This document shows, in pieces, positions 1 to 10,155 of a stretch of DNA of 64,000 bases. The position numbers and the translations under genes were made by a program. The DNA comes from a bacterium (GTDB lineage Bacteria; Bdellovibrionota_C; UBA2361; CALJRW01): NCBI GenBank assembly GCA_031385045.1, contig JANNBC010000006.1, positions 32,001-96,000 of the forward strand, given 5' to 3'. The notes beneath the pieces are model-generated. The model searched no databases and was not told the DNA's origin. It saw nothing but the letters and a program-made list of their open reading frames with translations. The stretch's first letter is position 1. The number at the start of each line of letters is the position of its first letter.

Positions 1-463
1 TACTAAAATTGCCAATCGCACATCAGCAATTGTTCCCTTAGCTGTTATGGAAGAAGACCGAGCCAGCTTAAGTACGCTTGATGTTAATAGTATTGAATCT
101 AAAAATTTTGAATTTGCATTTGCCCATTTGGAACAAAATCAGTTTGCCAATGCTTGGAGAGCATTAGAGGAGTTAACGGGTGTTAGCTTAAATTCTAGTT
201 GGCAAGCAAAATTAATATTTTGGAAAGCAATTTGTTTTGAGGCAATGCATGAAGAGAAAAAGGCGGTTAGTCTTTACAATGAACTACAAGCAAACTTTCA
301 TAAAGAAGAACGTGCTCCGTTGGCATTGTTAAGACAAGCCTCGCTATTCTTAAGATTAAATGAGAAGGATCTTAGTAAACTAACACTACAAAAGTTGGTT
401 AAGGATTATCCTCGAAGTAAGGAAGCACTTCAAGCTCAGAGTCGTTTAAAAGAAATGAGATAA
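1..463 (+). CDS. TPR protein, CpoB/YbgF-like (5'-truncated by window edge)
   Basis: Frame is open from base 2; helical TPR-like repeats ending in LVKDYPRSKEA, typical of YbgF/CpoB C-termini. Confidence 0.6.
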   Translation, partial: TKIANRTSAIVPLAVMEEDRASLSTLDVNSIESKNFEFAFAHLEQNQFANAWRALEELTGVSLNSSWQAKLIFWKAICFEAMHEEKKAVSLYNELQANFHKEERAPLALLRQASLFLRLNEKDLSKLTLQKLVKDYPRSKEALQAQSRLKEMR

Positions 464-467
464 ATTT

Positions 468-1394
468 GTGACTAAATTGATTCGGGGCTTTGCCGAGCTC
501 CCTGCAAGGCCCGAAGTTGTTGCAACAATTGGTAAGTTTGATGGATTGCATCTTGGGCACCAACAGATTTTAAATCAGATGCAGGGAGTTAAAAGTAAGA
601 CTGGAGCTAAGTCGCTTGTAATTTCTTTCTATTCCAATCCAGCAAGTTATTTTAAGCCTAATTTACCGAAGAAACGAATCACTAGCTTGCGTGAACAATT
701 AATTATTTTAGGTAAATTTTCCGTTGATTACCTCTTACTACTTCGTTTTAATCAAAGGTTAATGGAAATTTCGGCAGAGGTATTTCTAGAAGAATTTCTT
801 TTTAAAAAGCTAAATGTGCAAGAGCTGATTGTTGGCAGAGATGCTGTCTTAGGTAAGGATCGGGAGGGAGATGTTGAATATCTGAAAAAAAAATTTAGTA
901 GCACCGAAAAGAAGCTTAGCGTTTGTAGCTTTACGGAAAAAGATGGAGTTAAGATATCTTCTAGCTTATTAAGAACTTCGATTATTGAAGGTGATTTAGA
1001 GCTTTATGAAAATCTTACGAATCGTAAATATTCATTAACTGGTCTAGTAGTCTCTGGGCAAAAACTTGCTCGTAGCCTGGGATTTCCAACTGCAAATTTA
1101 AAGTATTCACGACTTCATCTTCCACCGACAGGTGTTTATGCTACCAAAGTAACGCTAGCTGGTAAGGAGTACCTAGGCATTACTAACATTGGATTTCGGC
1201 CAACTGTTATTGCCTTTGCCGATCATCCCCAAATTGAGACATATCTGATTGGATATCAAGGAGCTGATTTTTATAATCAGATAATTAAGCTAGAATTTTT
1301 AAGTTATATCAGGCCAGAGCAGAAGTTTGCCAGTCTCTTAGAATTAACTGAGCAAATCAAAGTGGATCTTGAAACAAGGCTTAAACTCAGCTAG
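468..1394 (+). CDS. ribF: Bifunctional riboflavin kinase/FAD synthetase
   Basis: IGKFDGLHLGHQ, KISSS, LGFPTAN, GVY and NIGFRPT motifs. Confidence 0.95.
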   Translation: MTKLIRGFAELPARPEVVATIGKFDGLHLGHQQILNQMQGVKSKTGAKSLVISFYSNPASYFKPNLPKKRITSLREQLIILGKFSVDYLLLLRFNQRLMEISAEVFLEEFLFKKLNVQELIVGRDAVLGKDREGDVEYLKKKFSSTEKKLSVCSFTEKDGVKISSSLLRTSIIEGDLELYENLTNRKYSLTGLVVSGQKLARSLGFPTANLKYSRLHLPPTGVYATKVTLAGKEYLGITNIGFRPTVIAFADHPQIETYLIGYQGADFYNQIIKLEFLSYIRPEQKFASLLELTEQIKVDLETRLKLS

Positions 1395-1426
1395 ATTATC
1401 CGATAGCATTTTTTTACCAATTCACC

Positions 1427-4162
1427 ATGGACAGCAATATTAGTAGTAATGAATTTGGCCCTAATCAGGGTTATATCAACGAGCTTTTTACACTTTATCA
1501 AATTGACCCAGAGCTTGTATCAGCGGATTGGCGACAATATTTTTCTAGGTATCAAGTTAATACAACAGAAGTTCAAGGACGGATTAACTTAAGTCAAACT
1601 GAAGACTGGAGATTACAAGAATCGGTCTTTAGGTATGTTGATGCTTTTAGAAAATATGGACATCTTAAAGCAGAAATTAATCCCTTAGCTCTAGGCATCG
1701 TGCCTCTACCAAGTATCTATCAGCTAGATAATAATTTCTATAATTTTACAGAAGAGCAGTTAAATCAGGAAGTACTTTGCTATCACTTTCAAAACAAGCA
1801 AAGTATGATCTTGAAAGATTTGATCAAAGAATTACACCGAGTATATTCTGGAAGTATCGGCTTTGAATATGAACATATTTTAGATCCAGATCGACGTTAT
1901 TGGTTAAGAGAGCGAATTGAGGATCGGCTTAACACTCAAGCTTTAACAATTGACGAATCAATCGCGCGCTTGAAAGATTTAATCGATGCTGAGGTCTTTG
2001 AAGATCAACTTCATAAAAAATATATTGGTCAAAAACGTTTTTCTTTAGAAGGTGGTGAGACATTAATTCCAGTTATTAAGACAATCATCAACGAAGCTTG
2101 TGGAAGTGATGTTCATGAAATCGTTTTGGGAATGGCACACCGTGGGAGACTTAATGTTTTAAGAAATATCCTTGGAAAACCTTTACAAGAGATCTTTTTT
2201 GAGTTTGAAGATAAAAATCCCAATGCCGTGATTGGTTCTGGTGATGTTAAATATCATTTAGGTTTTGAGTCAACTTTTTGTAATGCTAAAAAAGAAGAAG
2301 TGCAGCTATCATTAGCGCCAAATCCATCACACTTAGAGTTTGTTTATCCTGTTATCGAGGGAATGTGTCGTGCTAAGCAGGATTTAAATTATCAGCGTGA
2401 TCGAAAATCAGTACTGCCATTAGCACTTCATGGTGATGCTGCCTTTATTGGTCAAGGAGTTGTAGCTGAGACACTTAACTTTGCTAATGTTTCAGGGTAC
2501 TGCACGGGCGGGACAATCCACTTAGTAATTAATAATCAAATCGGATTTACTACGACTCCAGATGAGTCAAGATCTAGTGTTTACTGCACATCATTTGCCA
2601 ATGCTATTGAAGCTCCAGTGCTGCATGTTAATGCAGAGGATGTTGAGGCTGCTTGTTGGGCAGCTAAGCTAGCATTAGATTATCGTAATACATTTGGTCA
2701 AGATATCGTGCTGGATCTTTATTGTTACCGTAAGTATGGACATAATGAAGGTGATGATCCGAATTTCACGCAACCGCTGCTGTATCAGGGGATTAAGCAG
2801 AAGAAATTAATTTCCGAGTATTTCTTAGATTCTTTAACCAAAGATCATAAGTTAACTGCTCAGCAAATCATTGATTATCGCACTCAAATAATTGCCGATT
2901 TTGATCGTGAGCAGTCAGCCTTGCGACTTCCTCGAGTGAATGGCGATGCTTGTCCGATGCATGGGCGTCTGCGTTCATATCCTGTAGCTCAAGATATTTC
3001 TAAAGAAAAATTTCAAGAAGTATTAACTGCCGTTACTAACTTTCCTAAAAATTTTACTGTCTACCCAAAGCTTGATGCGATCCTAAAGAAGCGTGCTGAT
3101 ATCTTTGATGCCGAGCAGGGAGTAGACTGGGGTATGGCAGAAATCCTTGCTTATGGAACATTAATTCAAGATGGGATTAACGTTCGCCTAAGTGGTCAAG
3201 ATTGTGGTCGCGGTACATTTAGTCATCGGCATCTAATGTTAAATGACTCTAAGACTGGAGCACATTATTTAAGTGTGGAACCACTGATTAATCAATATCA
3301 TACTGATCTTGATGTACTTAACAGTACATTGTCGGAGACAGGTATTCTTGCTTTCGAATTCGGATATTCAACAGTTGCTTTAAACTCTCTTGTCATCTGG
3401 GAAGCGCAGTTTGGGGATTTTGGTAATGGTGCGCAAGTTATCATTGATCAGTTTATTGCTTCCTCTGAACAAAAGTGGAATCAGCTTTCTGGGATTGTAT
3501 TATTATTACCTCACGGCTTTGAAGGACAGGGGCCAGAGCATTCCTCTGCTCGTTTAGAACGTTACCTGCAACTTTGTGCCGACGGTAATATGGTAGTTTT
3601 CTATCCGACAACTACTTCACAGATCTTTCATTTGCTCCGAGCTCAAGCGATGTCCTCAATTAAGCGACCATTGGTAATTATGAGTCCCAAGAGTTTATTG
3701 CGTTCACCAAGTGCCAGCTCAAAGTGGGAACAGTTAGCTCAGGGAAGTTTTGAAACAATTTTTGTCAATAATTTTCCAGCTAAAAAAACTCGTAAGAAAA
3801 AGCAGTTAGTTTTTACAACTGGAAAGATTTACTATGATCTGGAGAAAGCTCTGCTGGCCAGAGAAGATCTGACTGTACAAGTAATTCGAGTGGAGCAACT
3901 GTATCCATTTCCACAGTTTGAAATCAAAAAAGCGATCAAAGACTTTGAATATACTGAATGTATTTGGATTCAAGAGGAACCACTTAATATGGGTGCTTGG
4001 CTCTATATTGAACCATATCTTCGAACTAAGCTTGATTTGGCCGTGACTTATATTGGTCGAGAAACTAGTGCTAGCCCAGCAACGGGTTCTCCGCGTCGTC
4101 ATGAATTTGAGCAAAAAGGCTTAATCTCAGAATTATTAGTTTGTTTAGAAGAGAATATCTAG
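1427..4162 (+). CDS. sucA: 2-oxoglutarate dehydrogenase E1 component
   Basis: KRFSLEG, GMAHRGRLN, GDVKYHLG, HGDAAF, WEAQFGDF and GPEHSSAR motifs. Confidence 0.97.
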   Translation: MDSNISSNEFGPNQGYINELFTLYQIDPELVSADWRQYFSRYQVNTTEVQGRINLSQTEDWRLQESVFRYVDAFRKYGHLKAEINPLALGIVPLPSIYQLDNNFYNFTEEQLNQEVLCYHFQNKQSMILKDLIKELHRVYSGSIGFEYEHILDPDRRYWLRERIEDRLNTQALTIDESIARLKDLIDAEVFEDQLHKKYIGQKRFSLEGGETLIPVIKTIINEACGSDVHEIVLGMAHRGRLNVLRNILGKPLQEIFFEFEDKNPNAVIGSGDVKYHLGFESTFCNAKKEEVQLSLAPNPSHLEFVYPVIEGMCRAKQDLNYQRDRKSVLPLALHGDAAFIGQGVVAETLNFANVSGYCTGGTIHLVINNQIGFTTTPDESRSSVYCTSFANAIEAPVLHVNAEDVEAACWAAKLALDYRNTFGQDIVLDLYCYRKYGHNEGDDPNFTQPLLYQGIKQKKLISEYFLDSLTKDHKLTAQQIIDYRTQIIADFDREQSALRLPRVNGDACPMHGRLRSYPVAQDISKEKFQEVLTAVTNFPKNFTVYPKLDAILKKRADIFDAEQGVDWGMAEILAYGTLIQDGINVRLSGQDCGRGTFSHRHLMLNDSKTGAHYLSVEPLINQYHTDLDVLNSTLSETGILAFEFGYSTVALNSLVIWEAQFGDFGNGAQVIIDQFIASSEQKWNQLSGIVLLLPHGFEGQGPEHSSARLERYLQLCADGNMVVFYPTTTSQIFHLLRAQAMSSIKRPLVIMSPKSLLRSPSASSKWEQLAQGSFETIFVNNFPAKKTRKKKQLVFTTGKIYYDLEKALLAREDLTVQVIRVEQLYPFPQFEIKKAIKDFEYTECIWIQEEPLNMGAWLYIEPYLRTKLDLAVTYIGRETSASPATGSPRRHEFEQKGLISELLVCLEENI

Positions 4163-4169
4163 AAAGCGG

Positions 4170-5219
4170 ATGAAGGAAATACGTACAATCTTAAATCGAA
4201 CAGGCTTAATTTCAGAATCAGAAATAATTGATATTCAATCTTTGGCAGGGGATGCTTCTAGTAAGCAGTTCTATCGTGTGTTGCTTAGAAATAAAGATTT
4301 TCGAAGTTTAATCCTGCTAAAATTAGTAGCAGCCAGTGGTCCTTTGCACACTGGTCAGACCATGACCCAAGATTTAGCTTTTCGTGAAATTGGTGATTAC
4401 TTAAGAGTAAATAATTTACCCGTACCAAAGCTTTATTGGTTTGATGGGGAATTGGGTTATGGGTTGGAGGAAGACTTGGGCGATAACCTATTAGCAAATT
4501 ATCTTAATCCTAATTTTATTGACTCAGTTAAATTACAATACTTCCAAAGGGCCACTACCCTAATCCCGCTGATTCAAAATTTACCTAACGATGGTCAGAC
4601 AATAATTTATAAAAGATTTTTTGCTGAAGAAAATTACCGTCAAGAAAGTAATCGTTTCCTAGAGTTTTATGCCGAACCAGGAACCCTAACTAATTCTGAG
4701 CAAGATTTAATTCGTGAAATGATTTCGCAATTGGCACGCTCAATCCCAACTCATCCCCAAGTTCCAATTTTCCGAGATTTAATGGCTTGGAACATTATGA
4801 TTGATGCCGAGGATCAATTACGACTAGTTGATTTTCAAGATCTCATTATTGGTTCTTATTCCTATGATTTGCTTTCTTTACTTCATGACCGAGATACCGA
4901 CTTTGCCTTGGGAGAGGAGATTCTGACGCAGTTATTTAAAAACTATCTAAAGGTAAATAATTTACCAGAAGTTTTTATTAAACATTATCTGGAATGTTTA
5001 CTACAACGGCATTTACGCTTAGCCGGACAATTTATCAACTTAACAAATCGAACTGGACGTAATTGTTACGCTTCTTGGGTACCTGGTAGCATGTACCGAA
5101 TTGGTCGGGCATTAGCCACGTTTAAAGATTGGCCAGAAGTTTTTAGTCAGTGCTTGCCAATCTTTTTAAAACTTAGCCCTGACTTTGAGAATGGTTATGC
5201 AAAACCCTACAACTTTTGA
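4170..5219 (+). CDS. Aminoglycoside-phosphotransferase-fold sugar kinase, AmgK-like
   Basis: LAGDASSKQFYR, EDLGD, RD...N and DFQD...YDLLSLL motifs of the AmgK family. Confidence 0.75.
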   Translation: MKEIRTILNRTGLISESEIIDIQSLAGDASSKQFYRVLLRNKDFRSLILLKLVAASGPLHTGQTMTQDLAFREIGDYLRVNNLPVPKLYWFDGELGYGLEEDLGDNLLANYLNPNFIDSVKLQYFQRATTLIPLIQNLPNDGQTIIYKRFFAEENYRQESNRFLEFYAEPGTLTNSEQDLIREMISQLARSIPTHPQVPIFRDLMAWNIMIDAEDQLRLVDFQDLIIGSYSYDLLSLLHDRDTDFALGEEILTQLFKNYLKVNNLPEVFIKHYLECLLQRHLRLAGQFINLTNRTGRNCYASWVPGSMYRIGRALATFKDWPEVFSQCLPIFLKLSPDFENGYAKPYNF

Positions 5220-5796
5220 AATTAATTGTTTAACAGTAAAGCCTAGTTGGGCAGATTTTTTTCAATTAGAATCCTTTCCCTTAACTTATGGCTGGAACTT
5301 AAAAGGTCAGTTAGCACCACAAGCTTATTTAGCAATGTCCAAAAAACAATTGTTTTTTGGATTAAAAGTTTTTACAACACCAAATTATAACGCAGATCTT
5401 ACAGTCGGTCAGTTTCAAGAAGGTTTATGGAATCAGGATGTAGCGGAGCTATTTATTGTTGATAATAATCTTCGTGCTTATCAAGAAATTAACTTGGCTC
5501 CCTCGGGTGCTTATTGGTCAAATTACTTTACAGATTATCGAAAGCCATTAAACAATAAGTATATTGATTTGCGACCACAAGATTTTTTTAAGGAAACAAC
5601 GGAAACTTCTTGGACTGTTGGAATGGCATTAGATCTTTCTAAATTTTCAGTAAAAATAAATCCTAATAATATGCGCTTAAATGTGACAGCAATTAGTAAT
5701 AGCCCTGAGCCTAGTTATTATAGCTTAGCCAAAACTAAAAGCGTCAAGCCCGACTTTCATGCGATTGTTGGTGGCAATGCTTTTTTAGTCAGCTAA
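5185..5796 (+). CDS. DOMON-like/CBM9-like sugar-binding domain protein
   Basis: GLWxxDVAELF...YQEINLAPSG.YW...PDFH pattern; true start may be ATG 5197. Confidence 0.55.
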   Translation: MRMVMQNPTTFEINCLTVKPSWADFFQLESFPLTYGWNLKGQLAPQAYLAMSKKQLFFGLKVFTTPNYNADLTVGQFQEGLWNQDVAELFIVDNNLRAYQEINLAPSGAYWSNYFTDYRKPLNNKYIDLRPQDFFKETTETSWTVGMALDLSKFSVKINPNNMRLNVTAISNSPEPSYYSLAKTKSVKPDFHAIVGGNAFLVS

Positions 5797-6515
5797 TTGC
5801 GAAAATATTGATTGGCCTTAGCCAAGTCTTCTGGTGTACCAATATCAATCCAATAGCTTTCACCAATATCAAGTCCACGAATAATTTTTTGTTCCTTAAT
5901 TGCTAATAACATTAAATTAAAGATACTAAATTTATTTGGTAACTTTGCAAAATATGAAAAAATCTTTGTACTAAAAACCGTCATGCAATTAAAATCATAG
6001 GGCAGGAGGTTGTTTTCTTCACTATAAACCTCACGGTAATTTGTAGTTTTTACTTCCCATCCAGCAAACTTCATTTCGGGCGTAAACCATAGAAAGCGAG
6101 GACTTTTATTCTTAGAAACAGCCATTGTTGCCAGTGATTTGTTTAGCTCTTGCTCCCTAATCAACTTCAGTAAATCAAAATCTGTTAAGACATCGCAATT
6201 ATGCAATAAAAAACTCTCCGAATCTTTTAGCAAGTTTTGAGCTTTCTTAATTGCTCCGCCAGTATCTAGTAACTCAGGTTCGTAAGAATAGGTAAATTTA
6301 CAGGCATAGTTTTGAGACTCAATGTAATCTTTAATCTGTTGAGGGTAGTAATGTAAATTCACAATAATTTCATTAATCCCAGCCTTATTTATTTTTCTAA
6401 TGACATGATCAATTACTGGGCGACCAGCAACTTCGACTAAGGCTTTTGGTTTATTGGCAGTTATTTCTTGTAAACGACTGCCGAGACCTGCAGCCAAAAT
6501 CATCGCTTTTTTCAT
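5793..6515 (-). CDS. Sugar-phosphate nucleotidyltransferase, MurU-like
   Basis: AMILAAGLGSRL...KPKAL, LLDTGG, HNCDV and WIDIGT motifs. Confidence 0.8.
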   Translation of the reverse strand: MKKAMILAAGLGSRLQEITANKPKALVEVAGRPVIDHVIRKINKAGINEIIVNLHYYPQQIKDYIESQNYACKFTYSYEPELLDTGGAIKKAQNLLKDSESFLLHNCDVLTDFDLLKLIREQELNKSLATMAVSKNKSPRFLWFTPEMKFAGWEVKTTNYREVYSEENNLLPYDFNCMTVFSTKIFSYFAKLPNKFSIFNLMLLAIKEQKIIRGLDIGESYWIDIGTPEDLAKANQYFRN

Positions 6516-8215
6516 TGATCTTTTTTCTTTTCCAAATTGCGACCCTGTTTTAGTTCCCAGAAAACCAGATATTTGAGAAAGGTATAGTAGCTTTCTAAGA
6601 TGGCCACAAAAAGCCCCACAAGTCCTTCCCGGTAGCCTTTCTTTAAAATATAAAATTTAAAGAATCTAAAAATAGGATTTAAGATCACATTATATAAGCG
6701 AAAAGGTTTACCATCTTTGTAGAGAGATCTGGCCATCATTAGGGCATGTTTCTGAAGGCTGGCAATTTGATGCTCCACATTCTTGTAAGTATAGTGAAAA
6801 ATATGACCATCTAGTTTTTTAATCTTGCCTTTAGTTAAAGCTTTTTCATGAGGATCATTTCCTCCCCATTTGATGTATTCCTTTTGAAAAAATCTTAGAC
6901 GATACTCCGGGTACCAGCCACCTTTGTCCCACCAACGATCAAAGTAGTAAATTAGTCGGGAGATATTATATGCTTGAGCATTAGATTTTTTACGGGTCAA
7001 GATTTCAATTAATTGTGAGCGGAGCACCATTGATACTTCTTCATCGGAGTCAATATTTAAAACCCAAGAGTTCTTACATTGGTCTAGAGCAAACTGTTTT
7101 TGATCTCTGTTTCCAGTCCAATCTCGATGATAAATATTATCGGTATATTCCTTGGCGATCTCTAAAGTACGATCTTTAGATCCACTATCAACAACAACAA
7201 TTTCATCACACCAAGCAATGCTTTTTAGGGCCCGTTTAATATTTCTTTCTTCATCACAGCAGATAATGAAAGCTGAGAGTTTTTTACGAAGTAATGGGTT
7301 AAGTTCGTCTGGGATTGTTTGGAAGCAATTATTAGCAACCACTTCCGGAGTTGGATTTCTATCTAATGAAATTACTTGAAGCTTACTATTAAAAGGAACC
7401 CAACGTCTTGGGTGCATGGAAAGTTTTTCTGGATACAGTGCAATCCCTGGGCAATCTGCGACTGCTGCTAAGTGTGTAACTCCAGTAGAAGTTCCAATAT
7501 AATAACTAGCCTTATTTAAGAAACCTAGAAGCTCTGGGAAATTTCCAAATTTTCGAACAACGATATTTTCAATGCCATAGTTTTGGAGTAAAATTTCCTC
7601 TTCTAATTTACTCTCTGCTGGGCCAAGTAGGAAAATAATTTTCTTTTCTGGAAACCTTTTGCTAAGTAAGCGGCCACAGATTAGCCAGTTTTCTAAGCTC
7701 CAACCGACAGCCGAAACGGTAACGCTGGGCATTAACACCATAAAATCAGAAAATTCTTGATATTCAACAACTTCTTTAAAGTCGTTTAAGTTTAATGACT
7801 CTTCAAGGGGAGAGTAGCGTAACTCTGGATCAACTAGACTTACTAGTTGCCAGTTATATTCGGCTTCATTCATTAGCGCCTTGGAGCGTCGTATATAGCG
7901 ACTTGTAGTATAGAGAAGAGAATGGATTCGAGCGGAGTTACCAATTCGTCTTTTAATACCACAATTATAAAACTTAGCCGCGTGTTTATACTTGGCCATT
8001 AAATCTACAACAACATCAAAATCAATGGAGTTGAGGGATTCTTCAGTTGAAACAATCCCAGTTACAAAACTAACATTTTCTACTAGTTTCCTAGTATATT
8101 CAGCTATATGCATGTAAATATTAGCTTCCGGTAGGAGCTTTTTTAGTTGTTTGGCGGCATGCAATGCTAAAATAACATCACCAATTTTATCTGGTCGGGA
8201 GATTAAAACATTCAT
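6512..8215 (-). CDS. Fused GT9 (heptosyltransferase-like) and GT2 (WaaE/KdtX-like) glycosyltransferase
   Basis: N-terminal SRPDKIGDVIL and STGVTHLAA (GT9); C-terminal DEERNI, DSGSKDRT, IDSDE, GWYPEYRLR (GT2). Confidence 0.8.
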   Translation of the reverse strand: MNVLISRPDKIGDVILALHAAKQLKKLLPEANIYMHIAEYTRKLVENVSFVTGIVSTEESLNSIDFDVVVDLMAKYKHAAKFYNCGIKRRIGNSARIHSLLYTTSRYIRRSKALMNEAEYNWQLVSLVDPELRYSPLEESLNLNDFKEVVEYQEFSDFMVLMPSVTVSAVGWSLENWLICGRLLSKRFPEKKIIFLLGPAESKLEEEILLQNYGIENIVVRKFGNFPELLGFLNKASYYIGTSTGVTHLAAVADCPGIALYPEKLSMHPRRWVPFNSKLQVISLDRNPTPEVVANNCFQTIPDELNPLLRKKLSAFIICCDEERNIKRALKSIAWCDEIVVVDSGSKDRTLEIAKEYTDNIYHRDWTGNRDQKQFALDQCKNSWVLNIDSDEEVSMVLRSQLIEILTRKKSNAQAYNISRLIYYFDRWWDKGGWYPEYRLRFFQKEYIKWGGNDPHEKALTKGKIKKLDGHIFHYTYKNVEHQIASLQKHALMMARSLYKDGKPFRLYNVILNPIFRFFKFYILKKGYREGLVGLFVAILESYYTFLKYLVFWELKQGRNLEKKKDQ

Positions 8216-8387
8216 AGAGTAATCAAACTAAGCGCTTTTTAAATGTGCTAAGTATTGATAAAATAAGACCAGATGTCAAAGCAACAAATTATGCTATTTT
8301 GGCATCAGTTTTATGTAAATGAGCATCATATTTCTAGATTTAAGCACTGGTTGTGCTGACAGGTTCTAATTAATAGTTAGGTTAAAT

Positions 8388-10106
8388 ATGGATAATAATC
8401 AAAGTTTCGCCAAAAATCTTTTTCTTGGAAAAATAACCGAAGAAAATCTTTTTCCTTATCCTAGCTTCTCACCTGAAGAGCAAGAGTTGCTCGGGATGCT
8501 TATAGAATCAATTGATAAATTTTTAGCTGGCAAGGAGGCTATGTTCAAGGAGTTTGATGAAAAAGCTCATCAATCACCAGAATATATTAATAATTTAAAA
8601 GAGCTGGGTCTTTTTGGGTTAATTATCCCAGAAGAATATTCGGGGATTGGCCTTGGAAGTAAGGCTTATTCTCGAACTATTCAACAACTTGGTCGTTACG
8701 ATGCTTCCACAGCACTAACAGTAGGGGCACATTGTTCAATTGGAATGAGAGGCTTATTGCTTTTTGGTAATTCCGAACAAAAGGAAAAATATTTTTCTAA
8801 GTTAGCTACTGGGGAAATGCTAGCAGCTTTTTGTTTGACTGAAGCAGGTGCCGGTTCTGATGCTGCATCTGTTAAGACTACAGCAGTTAAACAAGCTGAT
8901 GGGACTTGGATTTTAAATGGTGAAAAAATTTGGATTACCAACGGACCTTTTGCTGATTTTTTTACTGTATTTGCCAAAACGGAAAGTGGGGAATCTGGCA
9001 AAATGACAGCCTTTTTGGTGGAGAAGGCTTTTGCTGGCGTTACTTCAGGTCCTAAAGAAGACAAGATGGGAATTCGTGGGTCGGCTACTTCTACAATTAC
9101 TTTTAGTAATGTTAGGGTTCCTGCAGCTAACTTGCTGGGTGAAGAAGGTAAGGGTTTTAAGATTGCCATGCATATTCTTAATAGTGGCAGAACAGGTCTT
9201 GGCGGTGGTTGTATTGGAGCGATGAAAAACTGCCTCAAGCTGGCAACAGACCAATCAACTAATCGTAAGCAATTTGGTAAGAAGATTTCAGATTTCATGT
9301 TGATCAAAGAGAAGATTGCCATGATGACAGTCGATTGCTTTGTAACTGAGAGTTTAGTGAACTTTGTAGCTCATTTAAGTGACTCTGGTGTTCATGATTA
9401 TTCAATTGAAGCCGCCGCAAGTAAGATCTTTGCTACAGAAGCAATGTGGCGAGTAATTGATGAAGCTTTGCAGATTGCTGGTGGTAACGGTTTCATGAAA
9501 GAATACCCTTACGAAAGAATAGTTCGAGACTCTCGAATTAATCGGATTTTTGAGGGTACGAACGAAATCCTTCGTTTGTATATTGCCCTAACTGGATTTG
9601 ATACTGTTGGTCAAAAATTAAAAAGTGTTTCTAATCTGTTTGACGATCCAATTAAAGGTTTTGGAATTTTGAAATCTTATGCTGCTGATAAAGTTGCTCA
9701 AGTAACTGGTGTTGGTGTTAGTGAGCTGAATGTTGCTCCTGAGTTAGTGGAATTTGCTGAGATTTATACTGATTACGCACTTGCTTTGGCTAGAAGCTCG
9801 GAAGCATTGGTTAAAGAGTATCGTAAGGACATAATTGGTAAGCAGTTAATGAGTAAACGAGTTGCCAATGTTACGATCGATCTACTCGCTGGTTTGGCAA
9901 CACTATCTCGAGTTAATTCCATGATTAAAGCTAAAGGGGCAGAGGATTGCCATCAGGAAATCATGATCGTTGATCTTTTCACTCAATCGGCCAAGCGTCG
10001 AATGAATCAGTCGCTAAGAAGACTTGATAAAAATGAAGATCTGGAAATTCAATTACTTGCGGATGCCGTTCTGGAGCATGGGGCATATAAGTGGGATTTG
10101 TTTTAA
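8388..10106 (+). CDS. Acyl-CoA dehydrogenase, ACAD9/VLCAD-like
   Basis: FCLTEAGAGSD, NGEKIWITN, KMGIRGS and IFEGTNEI motifs plus a C-terminal extension. Confidence 0.93.
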   Translation: MDNNQSFAKNLFLGKITEENLFPYPSFSPEEQELLGMLIESIDKFLAGKEAMFKEFDEKAHQSPEYINNLKELGLFGLIIPEEYSGIGLGSKAYSRTIQQLGRYDASTALTVGAHCSIGMRGLLLFGNSEQKEKYFSKLATGEMLAAFCLTEAGAGSDAASVKTTAVKQADGTWILNGEKIWITNGPFADFFTVFAKTESGESGKMTAFLVEKAFAGVTSGPKEDKMGIRGSATSTITFSNVRVPAANLLGEEGKGFKIAMHILNSGRTGLGGGCIGAMKNCLKLATDQSTNRKQFGKKISDFMLIKEKIAMMTVDCFVTESLVNFVAHLSDSGVHDYSIEAAASKIFATEAMWRVIDEALQIAGGNGFMKEYPYERIVRDSRINRIFEGTNEILRLYIALTGFDTVGQKLKSVSNLFDDPIKGFGILKSYAADKVAQVTGVGVSELNVAPELVEFAEIYTDYALALARSSEALVKEYRKDIIGKQLMSKRVANVTIDLLAGLATLSRVNSMIKAKGAEDCHQEIMIVDLFTQSAKRRMNQSLRRLDKNEDLEIQLLADAVLEHGAYKWDLF

Positions 10107-10155
10107 GTTACTTGTAATCTCATGTTTTATCTGTTTTTGGTCGAATCAAAGTAGT

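Noticed and set aside
8696..9322. 208-aa antisense ORF
   Set aside because: Shadow of the acyl-CoA dehydrogenase
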